A DNA stretch of 64,000 nt from Macrostomum lignano (GCA_002269645.1 NIVC01000714.1:248001-312000), one strand, 5' to 3'; counted from the first letter of the stretch, positions 1 through 30,368 are shown. Notes: generated by a model from the letters alone, not told the origin. Translations and numbers: made by a program.

Positions 1-1594
1 ATAAATTTCTTAATTTTAAATATCAACAAACATGAAAAAAACAGGATATTAAACATATAAATGATGCTAGACAACATATTAATTATAGCATTTATATTAG
101 GTGATATTAGACCTAGGTCAGCCTTTTTTATAGCAGAGGGCATCTGATATTAATTAAGTTATCTCCTATTATAGTCAATAAGAAATTTCTCTCTAATCAA
201 ATAATAATATTATCTTAACTATCAAGTTAAGGTTATATATATAATATAATATATTAGATTATTTGAAGCTAACTAATAATATTTTTATATATATAGTTTA
301 TTGTGTAGAATGCACAACTTCAATAGTTTTAAATCTCCTAGGCTATTATTAATTTGAAAAAAAGTGTATTTAAATTAAGGTATTAATTTGTTTTCTTATA
401 TATAATATATAATATGGTTCCAATAATTTTATGCCAAAAGGTATACCAAAATATCTTTTAAAACATTTGTATACCAAGTGTATACTAAATATTTCCAAAT
501 ATATAGTAGACATTTTTAGCATTTAGGTACGTGACAATCTTTAATTTAGACTGGGTGTTATTAACTATTAAATTTAGTCTAGTTTATGAGTTTATGAGTA
601 TTTGAAATGAGTCAAATATAAAAAACAGATTTTTCATGTTTTCAATGTTTGAATTTTGAATTTTTTTTGTCCCATGGGGGTTTTATGCATTAGTCTATAT
701 ACTAAAATGGTTTGTTGGTATCTAGGTATCTATGTAATCAATTTCAGAAAAAAATGCTAAATTCATTTTTTAAACTGTAAGAAGGCTCATTCCATATAAG
801 CACAGTCGTAACATGACGGGCTATTTTTACTTATAAAATGAAATCTAATAATAGATTATACTAAACCAATATTTTAAATAAAAGATTATTTTGTCTAGAA
901 TATATTTAGAGAGTTTCATATAGATATCATCATTAGTATAGATGCTATTAAACCTTAAATGACACTTATGGTCGTAACGACAGGATTTTTGACATATAGA
1001 AACTAGAAGGTAAAAGTCATATAACATTTTTCATTTTTGATATTTTGCAATACATTTTTAAAATTTGACTAAGAACATCTTTAGAAATCATACTCTTTTA
1101 TTAGAATATATAAACTCAAAAGGCAACAAAGATACAAAAGAAAAGGCAGCCTTATGGTTGTAACATTATGGTCGTAACATATTTTTTCTGTCAATTCAGT
1201 AACTTTGAGGTACTAATATATTAAAAATATAATAGATTATTTGGTCACCAATGCTTTTATCTGATGATGCAAGTACTTACTTTTATCTATAGTTTGTTTC
1301 AACCTTCAAAAGCTTTCTATTTGTTTTTAAAAGGTACAAAATCTTAATGATGTCTTTTGCTTCGAAAAATGTCCAAATTTTTACAAAAATGACTTTTTGC
1401 CAATTGATAACATACTAATCCAACATTTTATCATTCATTTATTCTTAGATTGTATATATTGCACATAAAAACATTTGGTAAAAAATAGGCTAATAAGGCA
1501 ATGGCAAGCAAAAATATTGACTTTTTTCTATTTTCCAAATATGTCTATCTTATATGGAATGAGTCAGAAGTATAAAAAATATGAGAATTATAAG

Positions 1595-2293
1595 TGTTGT
1601 ACTTATGGTTTTCTCATGGTGGCCTGGTAGGTCTTTGAATCCCATTGCTGCCACCAGTGAAGTACTTGCAGTTTTCTTGCTGTCTAGCACAATGACTTGG
1701 GCTCTCCGTCTTCTCACTTGGAAGCCTTCTTAACTCTTAGTAGCGCAGGTAGTGCTGCCACCAGTTCCTTCAGGTCTTGGCCTTCAATGAAGTGAGCTTC
1801 CCATCGGAACGAAATAACGAAGTCAATGAACTCAGCACCGGGTGCAGATTTATAGTTCAATGTACAAGGTGTCTCGTCAGCAGCACCTGCCAGGCTTGGT
1901 TGGTTCAGGGAGGGCTGAGTTAGCCTCTCGTAGGCTTGAGGTTGGGCTTTAGTGGGGTCTCAGTCAGACCAGTACAAGCAGATTCAGTGTATGCAAAGGG
2001 CACTTAGTTAGACACTGATGCACATGGGAGCTTAGTGGATTCTCCGCAGATAAGAAGCCTCCTTAATGGAAACAAGGGGAGAGGCGTCTTATTTATAGCC
2101 GGGACAGCCCACATCAGAGAAGCTGGGGGCTGAGAAATGCAAAGCAAAACAGGCAGGAGGGAAGGGAGCAGCAACAGACAGCCAAAAGGAGGGAGGCAGG
2201 AAGCTGACCAGCAGCAGACAGCAATCCAGGGTGAGGGCAAGGGCAACTGCTAACAAAGTGTGATGCCCAACACTAAACTAGCGGATCACTACA
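1595..2293 (-). mobile_element. Solo LTR (~700 bp) of an LTR retrotransposon
   Basis: On the minus strand it starts TGTAGTG and ends ...ACAACA (TG..CA). It has an internal GGCTATAAATAA TATA box (2089-2100) and is a GC-richer island in AT-rich flanks. The 4-bp flanks are TAAG (1591-94) and TAGG (2294-97), a TSD with one mismatch. Confidence 0.6.
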
Positions 2294-3604
2294 TAGGCAA
2301 AAATAGGGGAATTTTCATATGCAACAAGGTCCTTAGTAGTCATATATGCTACTGTATACCACATAGGAGTTTTTTAATATTTTAGAATAGTTATTCTATT
2401 AGACTATCCAATCAAGTTAAACCTGCTTTCAATCTTATTCCTTTAGAAGCATCTATTTTTTAAATCTGGTAATTTTTCTATCTAGTTAAAAATTTAAATT
2501 GGCAAATATATATAACATATCTGAATATATCTGATTTTCTTGATAATATGCAGAATTTCTAACAAAAGTGATTCTAAATGTTAATATTAATAGTCAAATA
2601 GTGCTCTAAAATTCTAGAATGGTCTGTTAACACATTGGATGCAATTGAGTAAAAATTTAGTAAATTATCTACATTTTTAATAATTTAAACTTTTCCTACC
2701 TGCATTACTAATAGTAATCTGTTAAAGGTTTAAATGTAAAAAAATCAAAGCTTTGTTTGTCTGCAAATCCTAATTATTTTCATTGCTCTCCACATTTTAT
2801 GCTGTTATAGTACTTTCCTTAGTAATATGACTAAGTCTAGATTTACTACTATCTATAATCTTGCCAAGTCAATCTTTATGATTCTGGACTAAAAGAAATT
2901 TCAAACTCCCCCCTGCCGCTTATTTTCCTTCCCTCCCTGCCTTTCGCCCTCTTGCCCTCTTCCTGTTAATAGAAAATATTTTGGAAGGTCCCGACCACCG
3001 CCTTTAACGCCCCATTCTCCCTTCCCCAAAAAAATTAGTAATAGAGAATTGCTCTCGTAAAAATATGGAGAGCTGCGAATGATGGAGGGCCATTGTGTTG
3101 CTGATTGCCAATCCGCATCGAGGAAAGAGATTAGAGACAGGCGGCTACAAATTTTCACTCAAGATTTTGTTGGTTCACCAACCACCCACCGTCTTCACTT
3201 GGCCCTCTTGACACTGAAGGGTGAAGGGAGAGTGAGAGTGTGTGAAACGCGAGAGCTGTCAGGTCTCAATTAAATAATAATGCCTGACAATTCATCTTTT
3301 CTCTGTCTGCCCTGTCAATCTCCAGATTCCAGGCCAGTTTAGCTTGCATTTCCAGCTTCGAACCTTTATTCTGTGTGGACTTGACCTACCGGATGTCTGA
3401 AGGGAACTCTGGGAGCCGCTATTCACTTTGCATGCTGCACGTATTGTATTGAGTAGCTTTCACTGACTTGACTCTCGGAACTGTCCGTTAAATTGTCCAT
3501 TAAAATGCTGACTTTCTGTCTGTGTCCATCTGTCTGCTTGCGTCTTGAATCTACCTGCTGCTGTCCGCCTGTCTGTGCTGCCTGTGTCTGCCTGACTGCC
3601 CATC

Positions 3605-3635
3605 CATCTGTCTGTCTGTCTGTCTGTCTGTCTCA

Positions 3636-3708
<73 letters not shown>

Positions 3709-3790
3709 CCTGTCTGTCTGTCTGTCTGTCTGTCTGCGTGTCTGTCTGTCTGTCTGCCTGTCTGTCTGTCTGTGTGTGTCTGTCTGTTTG
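3605..3790. repeat. (TCTG)n microsatellite
   Basis: Direct tandem TCTG/CTGT units; the source of the spurious CLSV/RQTD ORFs. Confidence 0.95.
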
Positions 3791-3994
3791 TCAGCCTATG
3801 CCAACTCTGCCGGCCATCTCTCTTTCTGTCCCTTCCAATCAGCACCCGTCTGTTCTGATTGGCTGTCTCCAATGCGCATATATTAAGTGTATTTTATACG
3901 ACTAAAAAACTGTCCCAGTTTACTATACACTACAAACTGCATCTATGCTGTTATAAAGATAGAATAATATAAGAAAGTAAAATAATAGCTTATC

Positions 3995-20331
<16,337 letters not shown>

Positions 20332-20764
20332 TTATGCCTGATTAGCATCAGTATGAAAATTTAGCATGAAAGTACTTTTTTGTACTTTTCATTGCGTGTT
20401 GAATAGAGAAGAGCAGCTTATAGTTACAGTGCTAATATAAATGGCGAAGATATGATGCAGGCTCCTCCTATTATTATTCATTTCTAGATCTTGTTGGTGA
20501 TAATTATTTAATTATTTTTGGCGATTTTTCGGCTTCTGCTTTTTGGCCTGTCTGCCTTGCTTGTTTCACGTAGTTCTTGGCAAATTCAGTTTAGTTCCAT
20601 GAGCTGACGATATATATAATTAAAAATGATAATAATTCGATTCATATTCTAAAGATGATTGTCTAAGGCTAAGCAGCTCTATCACAAAGCTTTGCTAGCG
20701 TCTTAAATATTTGTTTTTGTACACTGCTTTGCACTGCCATTTGCACATTTAAATCCCTCCCTTA

Positions 20765-21770
20765 AATACTCCCCATCTCACTCCTGAACACTCGCCATCT
20801 CACGTCTGAGGACTCCCTCATCTCATTCCTTAGGACTCCCCATCTCACTCCTGAGGACTCCCCATCTCACCCCTAAGGACTCCCTCATCTCACTCCTTAG
20901 GACTCCCCATCTCACCCCTAAGGACTCCCTCATCTCACTCCTGAGGACTCCCTCATCTCACCCCTAAGGACTCCCTCATCTCACTCCTGAGGACTCCCTC
21001 ATCTCACTCCTGAGGACTCCCCATCTCACTCCTGAGGACTTCCTATCTCACCCCTAAGGACTCCCCCATCTCACCCCTGAGGACTCCCCCATCTCACCCC
21101 TAAGGACTCCCTCATCTCATTCCTTAGGACTCCCCCATCTCACCCCTGAGGACTCCCCCATCTCACCCCTAAGGACTCCCCATCTCACCCCCGAGGACTC
21201 CCCCATCTCACCCCTAAGGACTCCCTCATCTCATTCTTTAGGACTCCCCATCTCACTACTGAGGACTCCCCATCTCACCCCTAAGGACTCCCTCATCTCA
21301 TTCTTTAGGACTCCCCATCTCACTACTGAGGACTCCCTCATCTCATTCTTTAGGACTCCCCATCTCACTACTGAGGACTCCCCATCTCACCCCTAAGGAC
21401 TCCCTTATCTCATTCCTTAGGACTCCCGATCTCACTCCTTAGGACTCCCCATCTCACTCCTGAGGACTCCCTCATCTCATTCTTTAGGACTCCCCATCTC
21501 ACTACTGAGGACTCCCTCATCTCATTCTTTAGGACTCCCCATCTCACTACTGAGGACTCCCCATCTCACCCCTAAGGACTCCCTTATCTCATTCCTTAGG
21601 ACTCCCGATCTCACCCCTAAGGACTCCCCCATCTCACCCCTGAGGACTCCCTCATCTCATTCCTTAGGACTCCCCATCTCACCCCTAAGGACTCCCTCAT
21701 CTCATTCCTGAGTACTCCCCATCTCACTCCTCAGGACTCCCCATCTCACTTCTGAGGACTCTCCATCTCA
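20765..21770. repeat. 22-23-bp minisatellite (CCCCATCTCACTCCTGAGGACT)
   Basis: About 45 tandem units downstream of the Syk stop. Confidence 0.95.
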
Positions 21771-22989
21771 CAAGTAATGAATACTTATCTCACCCATTTA
21801 TTTTCCTCTCCAGTTTCGTATTTTGCTGCTAAAATTTTTGGTTTCTTTTAACAAAAAAGTATTTTATTATAAATAATAAATTTAGATAATAATTCACTAC
21901 TTTTTCTACTTGTGCGAGTAGAAAGTTGCGCAAATTGATGGCCTTTTCAGCTGATATAACCGATTATATTATACGATAGCATTTTTGTACACCGCAATGC
22001 TCAGTTGAACCACCGCTCGCCCCAAGGACCCCTGCAGAGGAGAGTATATTGAAGCCTAGTCAAGCTTATGTCTGCTGCTTTTTCCAGGATTTTGTATCGT
22101 TGCTTCGAAATACGCGCTTTTTGCTTCCTTTTTTCCCCTGGACCCAATTGCTGCACCCGCCTGGCAGTTTAAATAGAATAAATAGCCTGCTCAGCTTAAA
22201 CTTGTTACTCTCATTGTTAATTCTTCTGATTGTGCTCTATTTTTTACTATTTGTAATAGTATATATTTTAAATGCGTAAGGTGTGCTTTTTACTCCAGTA
22301 ATTGTGTTTTGCGTGTTGTTAGTCAATATCTATATATTTAACTATTGTACACAATTATATTAATATTGAGTATAACTTTACTTGCGTTTAATATACATGT
22401 GTGTTTCTTAAACATTTTATTTTATTCTATAATATCTATAGTTGGATACTTGGGAGTTTTACTCTGCCTCAAGACTTGTGCCTGGCCTGTGTAGATTATC
22501 TCTGAGCCAATGGTGGCATACGAAATACCTGCTATGCGCATAACACCGTTTTGTAATGTTTCCTAGACCTGCGCTTGCTGCTGCTGTTGTTGGCTATTCG
22601 ACCATACAGTAAATGTTTTGTTTTCATTTATTCATGTTTAAAGTTATGTTCATTTGTTACATTAGTATTATTGTTTATAATAAGTGTAGGTTCTGCTCGC
22701 TCTGACTGCTCTAAGTGGAATAGAATATAATCGCTTTTAAACTTTATTAATGTTTGATAAGATTTTATGGCCTTCATTATTGACGCTCGACGTATCCAGC
22801 TGGTGGGATTGAAATTCTTAAAGTTTTTTATGACGCTTGAACTTTTTTCTGTACTTTATTTGCTTGTTATTGGTCTGTTTTGTTACTCCTGTTTTTTATT
22901 ATTCAAGAAATCGAGTAGAAAATCATCCGCTTTCAATTCAATACGAATAAGGTTTATCTACACACACGCGTGGACCAACCCCATGACGG

Positions 22990-23390
22990 CTTTTCTCACC
23001 CTAATGTACACCTGGCCTGACCAGACCACAAGAGCCTCTCCACCAATGTACACTCGGCCTGACCAGCCCACGAGAGCCTCTCTCCCCCCAATGTACACTC
23101 GGCCTGACCAGCCCACAAGAGCCTCTCCCCCAATGTACACCTGGTCTGACCAGCCCACAAGAGCCTCTCCCCCCAATGTACACTCGGTCTGACCAGCCCC
23201 AAACGAGAGCCTCTCCCCCAATGTACACTCGGCCTGACCAGCCCCAAACGAGAGCCTCTCCCCCAATGTACACTCGGCCTGACCAGCCCCAAACGAGAGC
23301 TTTTGTCTCTCTTCCCAATGTGCACTCGGCCTGACCAGCCCCAAACGAGAGCTTTTGTCTCTCTTCCCAATGTGCACTCGACCTGACCAG
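22990..23390. repeat. ~43-45-bp minisatellite (CCCCAATGTACACTCGGCCTGACCAGCCC..GAGCCTCT)
   Basis: About 9 tandem units. Confidence 0.9.
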
Positions 23391-23741
23391 TCACTTGAAG
23401 GTTTTTCTACTTCGATCTCTACCTCTCCTTGATCTCTTCTTACTCAAGCTTGTATCTCTCCCTGCTTCCTGGATTTTCTCCATTTCGGTTTGAATGTCTA
23501 GCTATTTCTAAGTCTGGAATTTTTCTGCTATTTTGACAAGCCAACTATTTTATGCCTATATTTACTTATGCCTGCATGCATATGCATATGTTAATATAAC
23601 ATAATATCTATATTTAAATTTATATGTGCAATAGAGTCTGCGCACTCTTCAATAAAAGCAATATTGCAGTGCAGTGCTGCGTTTCTCTCAGCAATATTCA
23701 ACAATTGCTCCTTCATCATTGAACTTTTTTCTGTGCTTTGT

Positions 23742-24450
23742 AGTGAGATTTGAGAGTAGAAGCTTATCTCAGTAGGAGAGATTTGAGAGTAGAAGCTGAT
23801 CTCAGTAGGAGAGATTTGAGAGTAGAAGCTGATCTCAGTAGGTGAGATTTGAGAGTAGAAGCTGATCTCAGTAGGTGAGATTTGAGAGTAGAAGCTTATC
23901 TCAGTAGGTGAGATTTGAGAGTAGAAGCTGATCTCAGTAGGTGAGATTTGAGAGTAGAAGCTTATCTCAGTAGGTGAGATTTGAGAGTAGAAGCTGATCT
24001 CAGTAGGTGAGATTTGAGAGTAGAAGCTTATCTCTGTAGGTGAGATTTGAGAATAGAAGCTTATCTCAGTGGGTGAGATTTGAGAATAGAAGCTTATCTC
24101 AGTAGGTGAGATTTGAGAGTAGAAGCTTATCTCAGTAGTTGAGATTTGAGAGTAGAAATTATCTCAGCAGGTGAGATTTGAGAGTAGAAGCTTATCTCAG
24201 TAGGAGAGATTTGAGAGTAGAAGCTTATCTCAGTAGGAGAGATTTGAGAGTAGAAGCTTAATCTCAGTGGGTGAGATTTGAGAGTAGAAGCTTATCTCTG
24301 TAGGTGAGATTTGAGAGTAGAAGCTGATCTCAGTAGGTGAGATTTGAGAGTAGAAGCTTATCTCTGTAGGTGAGATTTGAGAGTAGAAGCTGATTTCAGT
24401 AGGAGAGATTTGAGAGTGGAAGCTGATCTCGGTGAGTGAGATTTCAGAGT
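23742..24450. repeat. 33-bp minisatellite (GAGATTTGAGAGTAGAAGCTGATCTCAGTAGGT) immediately 5' of USP14
   Basis: About 21 tandem units. Confidence 0.95.
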
Positions 24451-24550
24451 AGACGCTGAAGTCTCGCATAAACAATCTCATTTCAGCCATCCTTGCCTAA
24501 TAAATTCAACACGAAAACGCACCCCAATTAAAAGATAGCGCTGAGAAATC

Positions 24551-26917
24551 ATGTCATCACTTACTGTACACGTCAAATGGCAGAAGCAGAAGTTCTCCGA
24601 TGTCCCCGTGGACACCAGCCAACCACCAGAGCTGTTCAAAGCCACTCTGTACAGCCTCTCTGGTGTGCCTCCGGACCGGCAGAAGGTGAGGCTTTGACTT
24701 GATGGGTATCCGTTGGGGTGTCTTGAGTCTCCGGAATCGCGGATTGTCCCTTCTCCTAAGACGGTTGTCCACTCTGCTTTGAATTGGGTTGTCCAAAAAT
24801 TCTCCGATGGAATGTGATGTTCACTATGTTCTAAACAATCTAAAACCGAAGTGTCCACAATCCATTTAGGGTGTCCGCAATCCTAATCTAGGATGTCCAC
24901 AATCCTAATCTAGGATGTCCACAATCTAGGGTGTCCGCAATCCTAATCTAGGATGTCCACAATCTAGGGTGTCCGCAATCCTAATCTAGGATGTCCACAA
25001 TCCTAATCTGGGATGTCCGCAATCCTAATCTGGGATGTCCGCAATCCTAATCTAGGGTGTCCACAATCCTAATCTAGGATGTCCGCAATCCTAATCTAGG
25101 ATGTCCACAATCTAGGGTGTCCACAATCCTAATCTAGAATGTCCACAATCCTAATCTAGGATGTCCACAATCTAGGATGTCCACAATCCTAATCTAGGAT
25201 GTCCACAATCTAGGATGTCCACAATCCTGATTTAGGGTGTCCGCAATCCTAATCTGGGATGTCCACAATCCTAATCTAGGGTGTCCACAATCCTAATCTA
25301 GGGTGTCCACAATCTTAATCTAGGGTGTCCACAATCCTAATCTAGGGTGTCCAAAATCCTAATCTGGGATGTCCACAATCCTAATCTGGATGACTCAAAC
25401 TCAGACTCTACCTCTAACTCCAGGTAATGGTGAAGGGCGCTGTGCTGCCAGACGACAGCTGGTCGGGCATCGCCCTGAAGCCCGGCGCCACGGTTATGCT
25501 GCTTGGGTCGGCCGAGGCTCTGCCGGAGGCTCCGGCCACGCCGCCTGTAAAATTTGTTGAAGACATGGACGAAAGCGAACTGGCCAAGGCGATGGACTTG
25601 CCGCCGGGTTTGAACAATTTGGGCAATACCTGCTATATGAATGCCACATTGCAGTGCCTGCGCAGCGTGCCAGAGCTCAGGTCCATACTGTCCAAGAATC
25701 GGCTGGCTGGCCTGGGCGGTGCGGCAGCTTCAGGCGGAGGTCCCGAGGTGCTGGTATCGGCCATGTCTAATCTGTTTGCCGCGCTGGACAAATCCGGCAA
25801 CGCCGTGTCGCCGCACGTATTTTTGCACCTGATGCACGCCGCGTTTCCGCAGTTTGCTACCAAAGCTGAAGGCGGTGTGTTTCAGCAGCAGGATGCCAAC
25901 GAGTGCTGGGTGGAGCTGGTGCGCTGTCTGCAGAGCCGGCTGCCCGTGAGTTATGAACTAGGCCATTTAGGGCTTGTGTGCGCGAACATTGCCGTTGGAT
26001 GTTGTGTGAGATTCACAGCCATGAGAGCCAACCTTGCAGGGCACAGAGAGCGTATGTACACGCCTACAAGTCGGGGCGCTGTACACCCTGTATGAGCGTG
26101 TATGAGTTCGTGAACCTTTATGGGGGTCAGAGGGAGGGGGGCAAACCTTGATAGGGTGTCAGGGAGGGGGGTAAACCTTGATAGGGTGTCAGGGAGGGGG
26201 GGGGGGTAAACCTTGATAGGGTGTCAGGGAGGGGGGGTAAACCTTGATAGGGTGTCAGGGAGGGGGGGTAAACCTTGATCGGGTGTCAGAGGGCACAACC
26301 GGAAGTGAGGTTAATTATCCACATTTTAGTGGCAGATTAGTAGTTTAACAAGACCCCAACTTCCTAACCTGGCCAAGACAACCGAGGCCGGCGGTCCAAC
26401 GGACGTCTCCTTCACTGACCGCTACCTGACCGGCTCCATGACCTGCCGGCTGACCTGCCAGGAGTGCGGCCCCGAAGCCGAGCCGGAGGTCAATTTGGTT
26501 GAGACGTTCAGCCAGTTGAGCTGCTTCATCGACAAGGACGTCAAGTACTTGCACACGGGGCTGACTAACGCTATGAAGAGCTCGCTGACTAAGCGCTGCG
26601 ACCGGCTTGGCAGGGACGCCGTGTACTCTAAGCAGAGCAAGATTACCCGCCTGCCGGCCTATCTGACTGTGCAGTTTGTCCGCTTCTACTATAAGGAGAA
26701 GGAGCAGGTCAACGCCAAGGTGCTCAAGGATGTGAAATTCTCCCTGACGCTTGACATCTATCAGCTGTGCTCCGAGGAGCTGCAGGCCCGGCTGAAGCCT
26801 GTGCGGGAGCAGGTGAGGCTGACTGGCGGATAGGCGGGCAAACAGCAGACACTAAGACTCTAGATAGAAACTAAGACAGACAGACAGACAGACACTAAGA
26901 CACTAAGACAGACAGAC

Positions 26918-26954
<37 letters not shown>

Positions 26955-26981
26955 GGCAGAGAGACAGGCAGGCAGGCAGGC

Positions 26982-27046
<65 letters not shown>

Positions 27047-28088
27047 CAGTGAGTGACGCCCCCCCCGAAACCCTCACAGCTCCGCCGCATGGACGAATGG
27101 CTCGCCCTGCAGTCCGGAGCCGCCAAGCGACGTCCCGGCGGTCCGGCCGTGGCCCAAGGCGCGGAGCAGGCCACCACCGCCGACACGGGCACCAACAACG
27201 CTTCGTGGCCTCCGTCGCTGCCGCCGGTGGACCCGGGAGCGCCGCCGCCGCCGGCCTACTATTTCGGGGACGATCCGGGCTCCAACGCTAGCGGACAGTA
27301 CATGCTGCAGGCGGTGCTCACGCATCAGGTGCGCTTCGCTGGCTTTTCATGTATAATCAGCTGGCTTTTCTTAGCTTAGGACTAGCCTAATTCCATTTAT
27401 TAGCCAACCTAAACCCACTCCGTAGCCAACCTAATCCTTCATCTTAGAGTAGACAACCCAATTCTTCTTAGGGTAGACAATCTAATCCTTTATCTTAGGG
27501 TAGACAATTTAAATCCTCCATCTTTGGGTGGACAATCTAAATCATCCATTTTAGGGTAGACAATCTAAATCCTCCATCTTTGGGTGGACAACCAAATCCT
27601 CCATCTGAGGGTAGACAACCTAATCCTCCATCTGAGGGTAGACAACCTAATCCTCCATCTGAGGGTAGACAACCTCATCCTTCATCTTAGGGTAGACAAC
27701 CTAATCCTCCATCTGAGGGTAGACAACCTAATCCCCATCTTAGGGTAGACAACTTAATCCTCCATCTCAGGGTAGACAATCTAAATCCTCGCATTTCCAA
27801 TCCATCCCTCAGGGCCGGTCGAGCTCCTCCGGTCACTACTTGGCCTGGGTGCGCAAAGCGGACCAGCCCGCCAACGCCAATCCCGAGGAGGATGTCTGGT
27901 TCAAATTCGACGACGACTACGTCTCCCCAGTCACTGGGGCCGACATCCTGCGCCTGAGTGGCGGCGGCGACTGGCACTGCGCCTATCTGCTGTTGTACGG
28001 ACCGCGGCAGCTTGACCGGGACTATTCCAGCCTGCCGCCTCCCACCGATGCCTCTGCTAGCCAGGGTGGCGCGGCCGGCACCAATTGA
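24551..28088 (+). CDS. USP14: Ubiquitin carboxyl-terminal hydrolase 14 (USP14/Ubp6); exons 24551-24685, 25424-25945, 26336 (or 26330)-26812, 27080-27328, 27813-28088; ~552 aa
   Basis: N-terminal UBL (MSSLTVHVKWQKQKF..GVPPDRQK|VMVKG), Cys box GLNNLGNTCYMNATLQCL, QQQDANECW, LSCFIDKDVKYL, LPAYLTVQFVRF, His box LQAVLTHQ|GRSSSSGHY and LRLSGGGDWHCAYLLLYGPR. All four introns are GT-AG, phase 0. Confidence 0.96.
24855..25390. repeat. 22-bp minisatellite (CAATCCTAATCTAGGGTGTCCA) in USP14 intron 1
   Basis: Tandem units with interspersed 15-bp deletion variants. Confidence 0.95.
26125..26290. repeat. ~31-bp minisatellite in USP14 intron 2
   Basis: Unit GGTGTCAGGGAGGGGGGTAAACCTTGATAG, about 5 copies. 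Confidence 0.9.
26870..27050. repeat. (GACA)n microsatellite in USP14 intron 3
   Basis: Tandem GACA/CAGA. Confidence 0.95.
27405..27790. repeat. 27-bp minisatellite (GGGTAGACAACCTAATCCTCCATCTGA) in USP14 intron 4
   Basis: About 13 tandem units. Confidence 0.9.
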
Positions 28089-28924
28089 TGCGGTTTATTT
28101 TTAGCTTATTAATAATTCAATTATTATTTCATAATTGTCCGATTGGTTGGCTCAGACTGACAGTTGTGGCGTGTGTCTGCTATCTGCTAAAGCTCCATTC
28201 TTCCTATTCTTCCCCATGCAATGACTTCTCCTGTGTAACTGACTGTGCTTCAACCCTATGGACAAACAACTGTTTGCTTTTTGTTATATTATTTTACTAT
28301 CCAGCAAATTTGAATGTTCTGAAATATTTTCTGCTCTTTTCCTTTTTTTGCTTTTTCTATGTAGTAGCATAATTTCTAGTTGACTTAGGTCTGCTTGTGC
28401 GTGTGGGGAGCTGGCCTTTTGTCTTCTGCTGCTCTTTTTCCACATTAATTTGATTTCCGCTCTGTTAATGCAGTTTGGCATTTCCGTTTGTTTAGCCTTT
28501 CACACAATCCGATTCGCCAGTGAAAAAATTTGAATTAATATAATTTATCAATTATTTGATTTTTCGCAACCTTCGTGTATTGGCAAAGATCAAGTAGTGA
28601 AGCCCTGTGGTCCACTCAATATCCCAGTGACCGTGTGTGTTCCCCAAACTGCGTGCGTCTGTCTGTATTTCCTTCTTCAGCGCTTCTATTTAGCTCTTTC
28701 TCGTTTTATTTCCCAACAAGTTGAGTTTGATATCAGTGAAAATAATATGCAAACATTGACGTGCTCGGGCCGCCTTTGTCTCTTATATTTATTTTGAAAT
28801 CTTTATCTTTGTTTTTTTGCTTTTTATTGCAGTGTAACCATTGACTGATTATTAATTGACTGATCATTTTAATAACCTTAGTGAGCAGCACTCGCCTTCC
28901 CTTACCGCCACTCTTTATACCTGA

Positions 28925-30318
28925 ATTTGAGCCGCCACCCCTCTCCTCTAGTCCCCAACTGAACCGCCACCCCTCCTCCCAGCCGTTATCTAAACCGCCA
29001 CCCCTCCCCCAGTCCTTATCTAAACCGCCACCCCCCGGTCCTTATCTAAACCGCCACCCCTCCCCCAGTCCCCAACTGAACCGCCACCCCTCCCCCAGTC
29101 CTTATCTGAACCGCCACCCCTACCCCCAGTCCCCAACTGAACCGCCACCCCTCCTCCCAGCTCTTATCTAAACCGCCACCCCCCCGGTCCTTATCTAAAC
29201 TGCCACCCCTCCCCCCAGTCCCCAACTGAACCGCCACCCCTCCCCCAGTCCTTATCTGAACCGCCACCCCTACCCCCAGTCCCCAACTGAACCGCCACCC
29301 CTCCTCCCAGCTCTTATCTAAACCGCCACCCCCCGGTCCTTATCTAAACTGCCACCCCTCCCCCAGTCCCCAACTGAACCGCCACCCCTCCCCCAGTCCT
29401 TATCTGAACCGCCACCCCTACCCCCAGTCCCCAACTGAACCGCCACCCCTCCTCCCAGCTCTTATCTAAACCGCCACCCCTCCCCCAGTCCTTATCTAAA
29501 CCGCCACCCCTCCCCCAGTCCCCAACTGAACCGCCACCCCTCCTCCCAGCTCTTATCTAAACCGCCACCCCTCCCCCAGTCCTTATCTAAACCGCCACCC
29601 CTCCCCCAGTCCCCAACTGAACCGCTACCCCTCCCCCCAGTCCTTATCTGAACCGCCACCCCTCCCCCAGTCCTTATCTGAACCGCCACCCCTCCCCCAG
29701 TCCTTATCTAAACCGCCACCCCCCCGTCCTTATCTAAACCGCCACCCCTCCCCCAGTCCTTATCTAAACCGCCACCCCCCGTCCTTATCTAAACCGCCAC
29801 CCCTCCCCCAGTCCCCAACTGAACCGCCACCCCTACCCCCAGTCCTTATCTGAACCGCCACCCCTACCCCAGTCCCCAACTGAACCGCCACCCCTCCCCC
29901 AGTCCTTATCTGAACCGCCACCCCTCCCCCAGTCCTTATCTGAACCGCCACCCCTCCCCCAGTCCTTATCTGAACCGCCACCCCTCCCCCAGTCCTTATC
30001 TGAACCGCCACCCCTACCCCAGTCCTTATCTGAACCGCCACCCCTCCCCCCAGTCCTTATCTGAACCGCCACCCCTCCCTCCAGTCCTTGTCTGAACCGC
30101 CACCCCTCCTCCCAGTCCTTATCTGAACCGCCACCCCTCCCTCCAGTCCTTATCTGAACCGCCACCCCTACCCCAGTCCTTATCTGAACCGCCACCCCTC
30201 CCCCAGTCCTTATCTGAACCGCCACCCCTCCCCAGTCCTTATCTGAACCGCCACCCCGTCCTCCCAGCTCTTATCTAAACCGCCACCCCTCCCCCAGTCC
30301 TTATCTGAACCGCCACTC
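28925..30318. repeat. 30-bp C-rich minisatellite (CCGCCACCCCTCCCCCAGTCCTTATCTGAA)
   Basis: About 45 units, ending ~50 nt before the ATP synthase e ATG. The minus strand is rich in G-runs. Confidence 0.95.
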
Positions 30319-30368
30319 CAAATGAGCCGTTCATTCGCTGTCAACCGCATTGCAGCTCTCAGCCAGCC

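Noticed and set aside
1-1594. AT-rich block with a recurring GTCGTAAC motif as a DNA transposon
   Set aside because: No TIR, TSD or ORF could be defined within the window.
23742-24450. Regular 28-50-bp arrays as possible CRISPR arrays
   Set aside because: Units are head-to-tail with no unique spacers, there are no cas genes, and the context is a spliced eukaryotic genome.
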